Part shown: in pieces, positions 1 through 11,625 of the stretch
Layout of the letters: the number at the start of each line of letters is the position of its first letter
How positions within the stretch are numbered: position 1 is the stretch's first letter
Assembly: GCF_006345805.1 (NCBI RefSeq)
Contig: NC_043000.1
Location: forward strand, 90,830,001 to 90,894,000
Reading direction: 5' to 3'
DNA length: 64,000 nt
Origin: Octopus sinensis
Lineage: Eukaryota
Made by a program: the position numbers and the translations under genes
Notes under the pieces: generated by a model
Told to the model about the DNA's origin: nothing
Databases searched by the model: none
Seen by the model: only the letters and a program-made list of their open reading frames with translations

Positions 1-247
1 GTCAGTTGGTCATCTTCGAACCAAAGGACGATTAGTTATATGTGTATGGGTGTATATATAGTTTATTTTTATTTTGTTTTATATTTAATTGTTGATAGGT
101 TTATTTTAGTTTATATATTGATTATATATGGATTATATATAGGTTATATATAGATTATATATTTATATTTTTTCATTGATACTTTAATTATTTTAAAATT
201 ATTTTTTATACTTATATTTTAAAATATTGATATTTTAGATCGGAAAT

Positions 248-290
248 CCACCTGAAGATTGTCGTTCAAGACATGAAACAATTGTAGTGG
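248..290 (+). ncRNA. Minimal type-I hammerhead ribozyme motif, Penelope-like-element type
   Basis: ccac-CTGAAGA-t-tgtc(gttcaa)gaca-t-GAAAC-AATT-GTA-gtgg. Stem I ccac/gtgg, stem II tgtc/gaca, palindromic helix III ACAATTGT, GUA cleavage triplet (cut after 286). Lies in AT-rich flanks. Confidence 0.65.
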
Positions 291-1130
291 CGGTTTTTTT
301 ACTTTTTATTAAAATTTTATGTATTGATTAAGTCTTTCCTTGTTTGTTTTGCAAAATAGTGATTTTGTCTCTAATTAATATTATATATATATATAATATA
401 TATATATATTATATATATATTATATATATATATATATGTATGTATATATATATACAGGGTGGCCCTTGATGGTGGGACATTTTAAATGCTACTATCTTGA
501 GTCATAAATATGCATACATACATGTATAGAAGGATATATATGTATATATAAGTATATATGTGTGTGTATGTGCGGGCGTACGGGCACGCGCGCGTGTTTG
601 TGTGTATTCTTCGATTTTAAATACGAAGTTCTAATCCCGCTTCACACTGTGAGGAGAAAGTTGCCTGCATTTGTATTATCAGCGATCCTGAGCGCGTCAG
701 GCAGGAATAATTTATGATATTCTTCTGCTTGTTGCAGCCTACTTTTTTTATACGTATGTTTGCTAAACAAGTTTAACTATGCAATTATATCGATGCTATA
801 AACCGAAATCTTTACCATGATGAGATAGGTTCCATTGTTTCGCTTAAAGTAAGTTCACTGTGGAATGGTATCAATGACAGAAATCGAAATCTAAAACATA
901 ATAAAATAAATTCAAATGATACGCTTTAACTAAATTTGATTATGGAACAAAATGGGAGACTTAATATATTTAATATAATGAACAAAAAATTCAGGTGATC
1001 TCTAAAAATATGCATGAAAAGAAATAAGAATATTTATAAAACAAAATTTCTACGAATACCGCTTTTTTGCATAATTACAAGAATGAAGCTAAGGGAAATA
1101 ATTTATCTAGGCCAGTGATACAAACTCAGA

Positions 1131-1287
1131 TTATCTTTTATCTTTTACTTGTTTCAGTCATTAGACTGCGGCCAGGATGAAGCACCATATTGAAAAACTT
1201 TTAGTTGAATGAATCGACCCCAGTACTTATTTTTCTCTAACTTGCTACCTATTCCATTTATCACATTTGCCGAACTGCTAAGTTACG
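1131..1287 (-). mobile_element. 3' half of tRNA-derived SINE (octopus OR-like family), 5'-truncated
   Basis: Reverse complement matches the 3' half of the full copy at 50574-50974 (cgtaacttagcagttcggcaaa...tgactgaaacaagtaaaaga tail). Confidence 0.8.
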
Positions 1288-1297
1288 AAAACTCGAG

Positions 1298-1416
1298 ATG
1301 CTTTCAGCGCTAAGGCTCCCAAGCAGTCACCCAGCTAAGTACTATCTAGGCTGAACGTTGCTTAACAGCAGTTGTCTGACGAGATCCGGTGCATTAAACG
1401 TAATATAGCCGTTAAA
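1298..1416 (-). rRNA. 5S: 5S rRNA-derived copy, 119 nt, probably a pseudogene (helix I disrupted)
   Basis: Minus strand reads ..ACGGCTATATTACGTTTAATGCACCGGATCTCGTCAGACAACTGCTGTTAAGCAACGTTCAGCCTAGATAGTACTTAGCTGGGTGACTGCTTGGGAGCCTTAGCGCTGAAAGCAT. Colinear with metazoan 5S rRNA (CCGGATCTCGTC, TTAAGC, AGTACTT, GGGTGAC). Confidence 0.88.
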
Positions 1417-1420
1417 TAGG

Positions 1421-1519
1421 AAAATATGGAACGCTTTACGAATTTGAGTCATCCTTGCGCAAGGGCTACGCTAATCTTCTCTGTATCGTTCCAGTTTTAG
1501 TATTGCAGAGGCAATAAAC
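1421..1519 (-). pseudogene. U6: U6 snRNA-derived copy, near full length, diverged
   Basis: Minus strand reads ..ATACTAAAACTGGAACGATACAGAGAAGATTAGCGTAGCCCTTGCGCAAGGATGACTCAAATTCGTAAAGCGTTCCATATTTT, including the ACAGAGA box and 3' oligo-U. The 5' stem-loop is recognisable but has a ~6-nt deletion and substitutions. Confidence 0.92.
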
Positions 1520-2917
1520 AGGTGGCTTCTACAGGATTTATGACATTTAAATATATTCAATTTGTGATCGTGTACAAATGAATGTATGTGTGGTGAAATT
1601 TAACAAACCTGCCGCTCATGGAATCCCGTTGATGCGTTTCCAGTAACTATCATGCAAATTATTGGATGATTTGGAGGACATCGAAAACTCCCTGTTAGTG
1701 ATCTGAGGAATGATAGAAGAAAGTAGGAATATCTTATTGGTTCTCTGTTACTCTTTTATTACACACATAAAATATTTTAAGCTTAATCCCATAAATTTCT
1801 CTGCCTTTCTACAAAAGCGTATCTTATTTCTGAAATAATATCGAAGTACGCATTGCTTCTAACATACTCGCATAACATGAAGCTTAGGGAGGGTATGGTG
1901 TCAGTCACTTAAATCGCTTCTAGCAATCGAGTGGTACTTTATATTATCGACCGTGAAATGTTGAAAGATAAAGTTGACTTCGATGGGATTTGAACTCAGA
2001 AAGCAAAAACCAAAAGGAATTCTGAAAAGCATTTTGTCCGACGTTCTAACGATTCTGCCACATATCGATACTTGCTCTTTATCCCCAAGCGCAAAGTTTA
2101 GTCTGCGACCATAGACTTCGTACGAACTGCCAACCATTCAGACAATTTTTCTGTCTGTTATTGGCTGATCAGATATATGCAAATGTTACAAAGGTTTTCA
2201 TACATTGAAATTCAGAAAATAAACCTACTTTGTATTTACTGATAAATTACATAAAATACCCACCAGTGAGCCAAAACTTTTAATCTATATTAAACAATTA
2301 GGCCAAGTGGATAAAGGTTAAACAAGTTTGTTGCTTCTTTTCTCATTTTACTGGCTTCTGTCATTGGACTGCTGCCATTGTAGGGCATCGCCGTCACAGG
2401 TGCAATCAATCTTATCGATCTCAATACGTGATTGGTATATTTATCGGACAAGAGACAAATTTACCTTACACAGTAGCAGAACCCAGAAAATTGAGTCATT
2501 AGCAAATTCTACATTGGTATATTTTTCTCACAATCCACCGATGCTGTCATCAACTTCACAAAATATTCACCTGAAATTTGATTCAGGATATTTGTACTTT
2601 ATTCTTATTCATACTTTTAATTCTGCAAGTGTTACTTAATCTAGATTAGGGACCAATAAACTTATTATGTTACTGATCCCTTCATGGAACTATTGATAAC
2701 TTATCGACTCCCATCATGTGATTTTTAAAAAATAAAATTAAAAAGTATAGTTAATTATAAATTACTTGATTGAAAACCAATAGCAAAAATCCCTTCGCTT
2801 ATTTCAGTCATTACCACTTTTCAATAAAAATATTCAAAGAAATTTCATGAAAATACTTAATGAAATTGATTAGATAGCAATAAAAATTCAATCATGTTAT
2901 ATTGATATAATCGGAAG

Positions 2918-3539
2918 ATAGGCATTCATCACCCTACGTCGTTAATTGGTTCCAGGAGACGTGACTTAAGTTGAAAAGCGACTTAAGTTGAAAGTCGAAT
3001 TAACTTGTCTCAAGGCTAGGCCGAATTAACTTGTCTCTAGGCTAAACCGATAATAGCCATTCCCAGTTCTGTACTTTATTTATGAATGCATTTTCAATAA
3101 TACATTATCAATAAAAACCTATTTTAAGCTTACAAACAAATAATTTTTGTTTTTTAATACAGTACAGTAAAAAAAAAGTTAATCTAAATTTACGAATATA
3201 ACTTGGCGGCGTTTACTGTACATCGCGGATGCTTTGTTTATGAAAGCAGTTTGCAGTATGACATGGTAAAATAAAAGCATTTTTTTAAAGACAAATTCAA
3301 TAATTATTATTATTTCGAAATAGTAAAAAAAAAACCCACTAAATTATTTTAAATTCATCAATACGTATATACAATTTGGTGATTTCGTAAAATACACACA
3401 ATATTTGTGGCGGACAGACGTAAAGGCGAGTAAAATGACTTAACTCGATTTCTATTTTTCCATATATTATTTTAGAAAACCGATGTATAAACGAGAACGA
3501 CTGAAACCGAAATGACTTAAGCTGAGGTATGCCTGTATT
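2918..3539. mobile_element. Possible pogo/Tigger-like MITE
   Basis: Right end (reverse complement) reads TACAGGCATACCTC, resembling Tigger-type termini. Left end is a degenerate taggcattcatc. Short internal duplications (gacttaagttgaa x2, gaattaacttgtctc x2). Confidence 0.3.
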
Positions 3540-3924
3540 TAGCGGAAAATATGTTTAGTGAATACTTGTTATTATGTCGATATTTGACTGACAATTAGTG
3601 AGTTTTAATGCTAAATTACTGTGATCTTCCAGATTCAGATCACTAATAATTCGAAACTTTTAATGCTCAAGAAACTTTCAGCTATTTATCGGACTCTTGG
3701 ATACCAATACAGACCCTTACAGATTCAATATTGAGTACTTTGCTGCCCCTGTTCTAGATATAAGAAATAAGTGACCACAATTCAGACTTTTAATTCTTAT
3801 CTTTAGCAAAAGCGGTGCTAGTCAGTACCCTCTATCACTTTTGTAACCTCCATTAATTTTGCCTTTAGGTTCTAATTGGTAATAAGCCACACTTTTTCAT
3901 TTCTTATATAATTATATAGTCAAG

Positions 3925-4060
3925 GCGGTAGGGTATTGCATTCACAGTTCCGAGATCGGGGTTTCGATAACCAGACCGGGCATTGAATTATGTTCTTGAG
4001 CAAAGCGTTTCATTTCTTGTTGCTCTGCGATCATCTTGTCGTCTGAATGAGCCTATGTGA
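3925..4060 (+). mobile_element. Degenerate tRNA-head CORE-like SINE
   Basis: Box-B-like ggtttcgataacc followed by gttcttgagcaaagcgtttcatttc, similar to the CORE-like segment of the copies at 40069 and 45840. Confidence 0.5.
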
Positions 4061-4172
4061 ACAGGAACATTTGATCACTATAAAGAAATCTTCTTTCTGG
4101 TTGTTCGGCAAGAAATTGTCAAAACCTGTTACGTCATCTAACGACCCGAGAGTCCATGATATATATATATAT

Positions 4173-4352
4173 TATTTCGTCTGCCGTTACGTTCTAAGTT
4201 CAAATTCCACCGATGTCGACTTTGCCTTTCATCCTTTCGGGGTCGATTAAATAAGTACCAGTTACGCACTGGAGTCAATGTAATCGACTTAATCCTTTTG
4301 TCTGTCCATGTTTGTCCCCTCTATGTTTAGCTACCGTGAGCAATAAAGAAAT
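4173..4352 (+). mobile_element. SINE body unit (octopus OK-like family)
   Basis: tttcgtctgccgttacgttctaagttcaaattccaccgatgtcgactttgcctttcatcctttcggggtcga...aataaagaaata; same unit as in the array at 25882-26469. Confidence 0.8.
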
Positions 4353-4486
4353 ATATATATATACATATATATAGCTATAATTAATAACATCAGGGTAAGA
4401 AAAATTTTAGAAATGTTTACTACCAGCAGCCTAGCGTGTAGAAAAAATAGTCGATATATGCACACACACACACACATATATACATT

Positions 4487-4487
<1 letters not shown>

Positions 4488-4572
<85 letters not shown>
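4488..4572. repeat. (TA)n microsatellite, one of dozens in the window
   Basis: Direct observation; source of the poly-IY ORFs. Confidence 0.95.
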
Positions 4573-4573
<1 letters not shown>

Positions 4574-4765
4574 CGGGAAGGTTTACGAAAATAAGCAAAA
4601 GACGAAGGCAGGTGGAGTACAAACAAACAAATGTATTAGTATGGCGCTCAGGAATAGAAATAGAACAAGTCTTTTACGTTTCGAGCCTACGCTCTTCGAC
4701 AGAAAGATACACAGAAAAAAACAAGGAGAGAAAAAAATGCGTGTAGGAGCTAACGATCTGACTTC
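4573..4765 (-). mobile_element. Penelope-like terminal-repeat fragment carrying a minimal hammerhead motif at 4670-4708
   Basis: Minus strand tcttt-CTGTCGA-a-gagc(gtag)gctc-GAAAC-GTA-aaaga. Stem I tcttt/aaaga, stem II gagc/gctc, ACGT palindromic helix III; core position A6 changed to U. Confidence 0.5.
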
Positions 4766-5010
4766 GGACAGTGGTCAGGGGAGATAACAGGGTCAAGTGA
4801 CTTCCAAAACGAAGGTGCCCCCAACACAAAGGTGCGTGTGTGTATAAGAGAGTAAGTATGTGCGTGTGAAAAAGGGCTGGTTGTCTGGACGTGTGTCTGT
4901 ATGTATGTGTGGGTGTGGAGATGTGGGGATGGGTGTGTGGGTGGTGTGTTGTGATGTGATATGTGTATGTATATATATATATATACAATATATATATATA
5001 TATATATATA

Positions 5011-5057
<47 letters not shown>

Positions 5058-6707
5058 TAGTTATATATATATATATATATATATACATACAGAGATATTT
5101 ATGTATATATATATATATGTAGGTGTACGTGTTTATATGCGTGTGAGATGGCCTGTGTATGTTTGTGTGTATATTCATATATATTATTTGATGTTAACAT
5201 ACATACAAGCATACAGACGAATACATACATACTCATACACATAAGTAAGCATATACGTGCACAGCCCACACTCACACTCAAGCCCAGACTTACGCATGCA
5301 TATATTCGCTCTCACGCACTCACACTCATACAAACACAAACACATGCACATACACCACACGTTCCAGCTCGCACAAACACACACATACATCGACATTGAA
5401 TTTCTCAGATACACACTCACGCACATACTCACGCACGGATGCACACACGCTCTCACACATATACACATATACGTTGCCAGCGCGTACACATATATAGACA
5501 AAGACACATCATAAAGAAGTTAGTGTTATGTGTGAAATCAGTGTTACAGAAATATCCCATTGGTATTTTGGCAAATGGATCTTTATCTGTTGATGCCTTG
5601 GAAATAAATCAAGGTGGGTTACAGCCAATGTAGGTGGTCAATTGGCACTGTTTACTAGAGATGACTTGATCGATAAGGCTAATAGGTTGTGTGGCGGGAG
5701 GTGAAAAGAGAGAGAGAGAGCGAGAGAGGGTGGAGAGAGGGTGAGTGTGTGTGAGGCGTACTCAAAGAGAAACAAAGAGGCCTGTTACATCAATGTTAAG
5801 GATTTTGGCTTTTGTAGAGTGTACGTTTTATACTACATCCTCAGTACTAACGGACAAGCGTCTACATATACACAAACCCACAGAAACACACACACACACA
5901 TTCAAAGAGACAGAAACACACGTAGACACACATGCACACACATACACACATCTATGAACATAGTTACGCATAGATATTCCCATGCAAGCAGAGACGGACA
6001 AAGACTCCATCCACTCGTATGTCTTTCTCTTCTGTATATTTATTTGTATTCTTCCCAGAATAAAGGAGCTATTTCCTAGCAAAGAAACAAAGACAATTCC
6101 ATTGACGTGTGGATGACAACGCCTATAATTGCTACACATCAAACTTCAATAAAGTCTTGTTTCTTTCGACGACTGTTCCACTTACAAATTGTTTCTGTAA
6201 AGTTCGTGTTACCAGGTCTCTTCCTCTGCTAGGTACATAGGTATATGTATGATTTCTATCTTTAAAAAATTTAGGTTTTCCTGTACAGACATGGCTGTAT
6301 GGTAAAAAATTTGCTTCACAATCGATTAAACTACACGTGTATTTGACGCTCGTGAAGGTCTAATAAATTGTATTTAAGACAAACCTCTGCCGATGATTTA
6401 TAGATGTTATGTAAGTAAAATTGCATATTACATTAATAATGAAACGATTGTTCAGGGTTAATCTATCTTTTCGTTATATTTCACTTTTCTTACGTTAAAT
6501 GTAATGCTATTTCTTCTTGGAAACAACTTTTTGTGGCTATACCAGTAACGGAGCTATTTTTAGCACTAGAGTTAACCACATAGTGGTCACTCTCTTATGT
6601 TTATGTATAAATTTGTATTGTCTCCCTGGTTTTGATGTGCTAAGCCACTTGGTGTTAAATTGATGGTATTATTAAATTAATATCAAATTGTTCACCCTCA
6701 TTTATAA

Positions 6708-6739
<32 letters not shown>

Positions 6740-6743
<4 letters not shown>

Positions 6744-7050
6744 TGGGAGGCGCATATCTATGTGTCTATATTTATCCCACCATCACCGCTTCGCAACTGG
6801 TGTTGGTGTGTTTATCTCCCCGTAACTTAGTGGTTCGGCAAATGAAACCTATAGAATAAGTAATAGTACTGAGGTTGAATCGTTCAACTTAAATTCTTCA
6901 AAGCAGTGCTCCAGCATAGCCGCAGTCGACCAAATATCCTCAAAAACCTTTGGTCAGTCGAGGTCTATAGTAAAGGTCAGTTACGCAAGATGCTGCACAA
7001 TGGGACTAAATCAAAGCCCGCACGGTTAGAAACCATATATTAGACTACAT
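6740..7050 (+). mobile_element. OR-like SINE fragments
   Basis: ccccgtaacttagtggttcggcaaa...gcagtgctccagcatagccgcagtc matches the 3' half of 50574-50974; followed by a reverse-oriented head fragment. Confidence 0.6.
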
Positions 7051-7146
7051 GTGTGTGTATGTGTGTGTGTGTGTGTGTGCATTTGTTTATCGCTGGAGGC
7101 AGCACGTTTTTTTATCATAACCAGTAATGTAACAGTACACTATTTG

Positions 7147-7193
<47 letters not shown>

Positions 7194-7759
7194 AATATAT
7201 GCATATATATATTTTATATATATATTATTTAATTGAACGCGACGCATTCATTTCCAAGTAAGTTTATCTTCACCTTTTTGACTTTCTACCCTATACTGTT
7301 TTCTTCCTACATGCTTCTCTAATTCCCTCCCCCTTCCTCTTTCACCGTTTTCTACTTGTCTCTCTGTCTCCTTTCTCTTTTCTCTCTCTCTCGTTACCCA
7401 CACGTGGCCATCATCCATCTTTCTTTTCCTCAATGCCTTATTGATATGTTTGGTTCCTTTCTTTCCTTGATGAGAAGATTGCATTGTTTTGTAATATTTT
7501 ATTCCTTATGGAATAATACCAACGTCTTCGAAACATGTTAGAAGTAAAAGAATTTGAACAACAACTGCGTTTAACTCCATTTATTTATCTATATTATACA
7601 AAATATTTAATCTTAACCCGGAATTTCTACCTCTATAAATAGGTTGTTACATCCTTGTTACATGTGTGAATTTTTGCTACTCTGGTAATTGTTTATTTAT
7701 TTATTTTTTCCGTGTTATTTGTAAGCACTGAAAAAACACACATACATTTATATATATAT

Positions 7760-7820
<61 letters not shown>

Positions 7821-8244
7821 AAAATTATATATATATATGTACATATATTATATTATATTATATATTATATATATATATATATATCTATTTATATATATAT
7901 AAGCACATAATTAGGTACATATGTAAATGATCGAAAGATTCGTCACATACGATTGCACTCACACACAGGCGAATACTTGAACACTAAGCAGACACATTCA
8001 CACACAACATAAGATCAGTGCATATACTTTCATGTATGCACACATCAACGCATCCATATATTTACAAATCCACGGAACTGTCTGAATTTAAAGACAGTTG
8101 TCACTTTGTCACAGACTGGCTTGAATTCCATGACAATTAACTTCGATCAATCTCAAGGAAAACAAATACATTCAAACATATATCGTATGAAACTTGAGTC
8201 TCGTGAGTAATAACCAGTTGAAATAAACCATATATTCTTTTATT

Positions 8245-8905
8245 CTGTTACTTCTTCCATTCATTTGACTGTGGCCATACTGGAGCAGCACCTTAAAGGG
8301 TTTTAGTCGAAGAAATCGAACCCAGGACTTGTTTTTGTAAGCCTAGTACTTATGCCATCGTTCTCTTTTGCCGAACCGCTAATGTTACGGGGCATCGGTT
8401 GTCAAGCGATAGTGGGGGACACATACACACAATGCGCATACACACACATATCTGTATGTATGTATGTATGTATGTATGTATGTATGTATGTATGTATGTA
8501 TGACCTCGTGTGTACCGTTGGCGATTTTTTTTCCTCTGTCTTCCCTTCTCTGGATCTTTCCTTCTCCTATGTTTCCGACGAAGAGCTCCGCTCGAAACGT
8601 TAAACACTCCTTCTTTCCTTCTTTCCTGAGCGTCCAATAATACTATATTTGTTCCACGTCCTCGCGTTGTTGTGTTTTTGTGCTTTCTTGTTTGGATTAA
8701 CTTTATATATATATATATATATTATATATATATATATATATATCTGACAGGCTTCTTTCAGTTCTCATCTACCAAAACCATTCATAAGACGTTGGTCGAT
8801 CCGAGGATATAGTAGAAGACACTTGGCCAATGTGCTACACATTGGGAATGCTACTTCCTAACCGTGTGGTTGGGAAGCAGCATTCCTACCACAAAGCTAC
8901 CTACA
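8245..8905 (-). mobile_element. OR-like SINE, full length but interrupted by microsatellites and a hammerhead-bearing fragment
   Basis: 3' half at 8245-8420 and head half at 8745-8905 both match 50574-50974 in reverse; the middle holds (CA)n, (TATG)n, (TA)n and the insert at about 8500-8700. Confidence 0.7.
8570..8606 (+). ncRNA. Minimal hammerhead motif with U4C core variant, in a Penelope-like fragment
   Basis: tgttt-CCGACGA-a-gagc(tcc)gctc-GAAAC-GTT-aaaca. Stem I tgttt/aaaca, stem II gagc/gctc, AACGTT palindrome. Confidence 0.5.
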
Positions 8906-9051
8906 GCGTGTATTCTTCCTCAGTAGTTCGACAAGATACAAGATACAACAGTGTATGTGTGTGTGTGTGTGCGCAAATGCCTGTGAGATTGTATATAAGT
9001 ATATATATATACATATGTATCCACGTAGGTATAATGTATATGTATATATAT

Positions 9052-9097
<46 letters not shown>

Positions 9098-9105
9098 ATA
9101 TGTAA

Positions 9106-9190
<85 letters not shown>

Positions 9191-9191
9191 G

Positions 9192-9250
<59 letters not shown>

Positions 9251-9255
9251 GCTAT
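9106..9255. repeat. (TATC)n tetranucleotide microsatellite
   Basis: Direct observation. Confidence 0.95.
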
Positions 9256-9823
9256 ATGGGTGTGTGTCTGTGTGCTTGTGTTGTGAAATTTTGCATATTA
9301 ATTTAAGGAAAGTTTTAAAATATGCCCAAAAGTTCATTTTAAAATACAAGAAAACTTTTTTTTAAATAGTGGTACACAAGCAGGTGTTGTCAGTTTGAAT
9401 TTTAACATTACTTACTCTTGACAACAACTGAAGTACTTTCCACTGATTAGCTGAAGTTCGTCTAAAATCCATTCCCAAATTGATTTTTGGGAGGCGATAA
9501 AGTTCATGTGCAGTCATACAAAAATCACGAAACCAATACGAAATATGGACGGCCAAAACATGTGATATCGGTTTATCCATGCAGCAAACCTATATTTATT
9601 GTGTCATTGAACACAATACTTAAATTGTATGTGCCATATTTTTCAACGATACATAATATTATTCGTTGTTAAGTGATGTATGAAGAAAACTGCTTGTTGA
9701 CTAGCGACCTATTTAGGAGGAAAATTATTTTATTTAAATCTCACTTTCAAATGGTTTATCATTAAAAGAAGACAAGTCTAGTCCGTTTAAAGAAAAGAGA
9801 GGACTTTATAAGAGTGTACTTAA

Positions 9824-10409
9824 GCCTTTTACCATTCAGATTACTCTGTCAAATGTAATGTTAATTTATTCACATTCTTTAAAATTAACCTTGTATTATC
9901 TTGTAGCTTTGAGATTCCGAAATGATGCTTCTTTATTTTTAGAATGACATTGCAGGGTAGGTGTGAGAGACCAGAATTAAGGTAAAGGAGAAAGTTTTAT
10001 GTTCAAACTGGCCAGATCCAGTTTCTCACACTTGGAGGCGCGTGACTTACTGGTTAGGGTGTTGGACTCATGATTGTAGGAATGTGGTTTTGATTCTAGA
10101 GAGTCATGCCAACCGGTTTCTCAGTTTCATGGTGTATATATTCTGCACCTGCACTGGACGCCGTTCCATCGTAGGATTACTCATTTTTGTTAGCTGGATG
10201 TACTGGAATTACATGAAATGGAGTGTTTTGCTCAATAACACAACGCGTCACCCGATCCAGGAATCGAAACCACATTCCTACCATCATGAGTCCAACACCC
10301 TAACCATTAAGCCACGCACCTCAAAGTGTGAGAGACTGGATCTGGCCAGTTTGAACATAAAACGAGTAGAAGATTTGGGTCGGATATGGCCGGTTTAAAA
10401 GCTAAAGTC
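9824..10409. mobile_element. TTAA-flanked MITE (piggyBac-like), interrupted by a SINE and an inverted duplication
   Basis: TTAA at 9820-9823 and 10410-10413; degenerate termini gcctttta../..gctaaagtc. The body resumes at gtgtgagagac after the insertion (same 11-mer at 9961-9971 and 10326-10336). Confidence 0.5.
10100..10323 (-). mobile_element. tRNA-head CORE-like SINE inserted in the MITE
   Basis: Minus strand gaggtgcgtggcttaatggttagggtgttggactcatgat...gtttcgattcctggatcggg...tgttattgagcaaaacact: box A, box B and CORE-like segment. Confidence 0.75.
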
Positions 10410-11326
10410 TTAAAGAAACTATCCATTTCCTTTGTAGATATTTCTTTTTCTCTTGGTCTCTGTTGAATTTTAACTATTAAATATTATTTTGGGTTTCATT
10501 TTTAGATACTGAAAGTGTATTTTAGGGATAGGTGTAAGAGTTTTGCATTCATGCATTCATTATTTGGTCTTATCATAAAACTAAAAGACTCCTGTTGCTG
10601 TTTAGCTGCAAATGGGCTATTATTAAGCAGATTCATATCCAAGGGCTGTAAACCTGTGACTATCGAATCTGTTATGTGTAGACTTATTGCACTTCGGACA
10701 ACATTATTTAACGTGTATTTTATTTTAAAAACGATAGGCTGTGAATTGAGGGAAATATTTTGCTACTTTCAAGCGCCTCGACTCATTGTAGATATTTTCT
10801 TTACAAGATAATAATAATAATTTCGCGATTCGGGACTTCATGTCACACAAAAGATCGATATTAACATTAGAAGCACACCGCTCATTTGCCTTGAAAAGAC
10901 AAACAGAAAACAACAAAACAAACAAAATCAAACAAAAACATTATCTTAAAACTAAAACTAAGAAAAATAGAAGAAACTACTTTATTTCATTCATCATACT
11001 TTGTACATTACAAAATTAGAAATAACATGATTTTAAGATTCGTGTTTGTTTGAATGGATTTTCCGAAATCGTAAATTATTGCTTTGCTTTTAAAATTATA
11101 CGGTTCACTATCTGTGCATCGTTCGGAAACTACTCTTCAAACCAATTAACTATAAAGTAAATAAGTGTTACTTTATTATTTTTAATTCAGACAAACTGAT
11201 CCAGGCAGATATATGTATCTTATTCAAGACATCAATAATGTGTGAGTGATGATATTTGACATGCTCGGGTCACACACACGCTAACATAATGATTAAGGTA
11301 ATTTGTTTGAATATTCTTATTTAATA

Positions 11327-11366
<40 letters not shown>

Positions 11367-11426
11367 ATATATATATATATTATTTCTTGTTGTGTATATA
11401 TATATATATAATATATATATATCATA

Positions 11427-11622
11427 GAGGCGGCGAGCTGGCAGAATCGTTACAGCGCCAGGCAGTATGCTTAGCGACATTTCTTCCGGTTTTATATTCT
11501 GAGTTCAAATGCCAACGAAGACGAATTTATCCTTTCAGGGTCGACAAATTAAGTTCCATTTGCGTACTGGGGCCGATGTAATCGACTGGCCCCACCCCAA
11601 AATTTCAGGCCTTTTGGCTATT
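11427..11622 (+). mobile_element. OK-like tRNA-derived SINE
   Basis: ggcggcgagctggcagaatcgtta...gagttcaaatgcc...cctttcaggg tcgac...aaatttcaggcctt. Confidence 0.85.
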
Positions 11623-11625
11623 ATT

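Noticed and set aside
455-500. TACAGGGTGGCCC Tc1-like terminus
   Set aside because: No matching second TIR or transposase sequence found nearby.
2384-2600. Splice-like sites and short open frames on both strands (similar cases near 3680, 5550, 37740, 38800, 62620)
   Set aside because: Multiple incompatible readings; cannot be distinguished from chance without transcript data.
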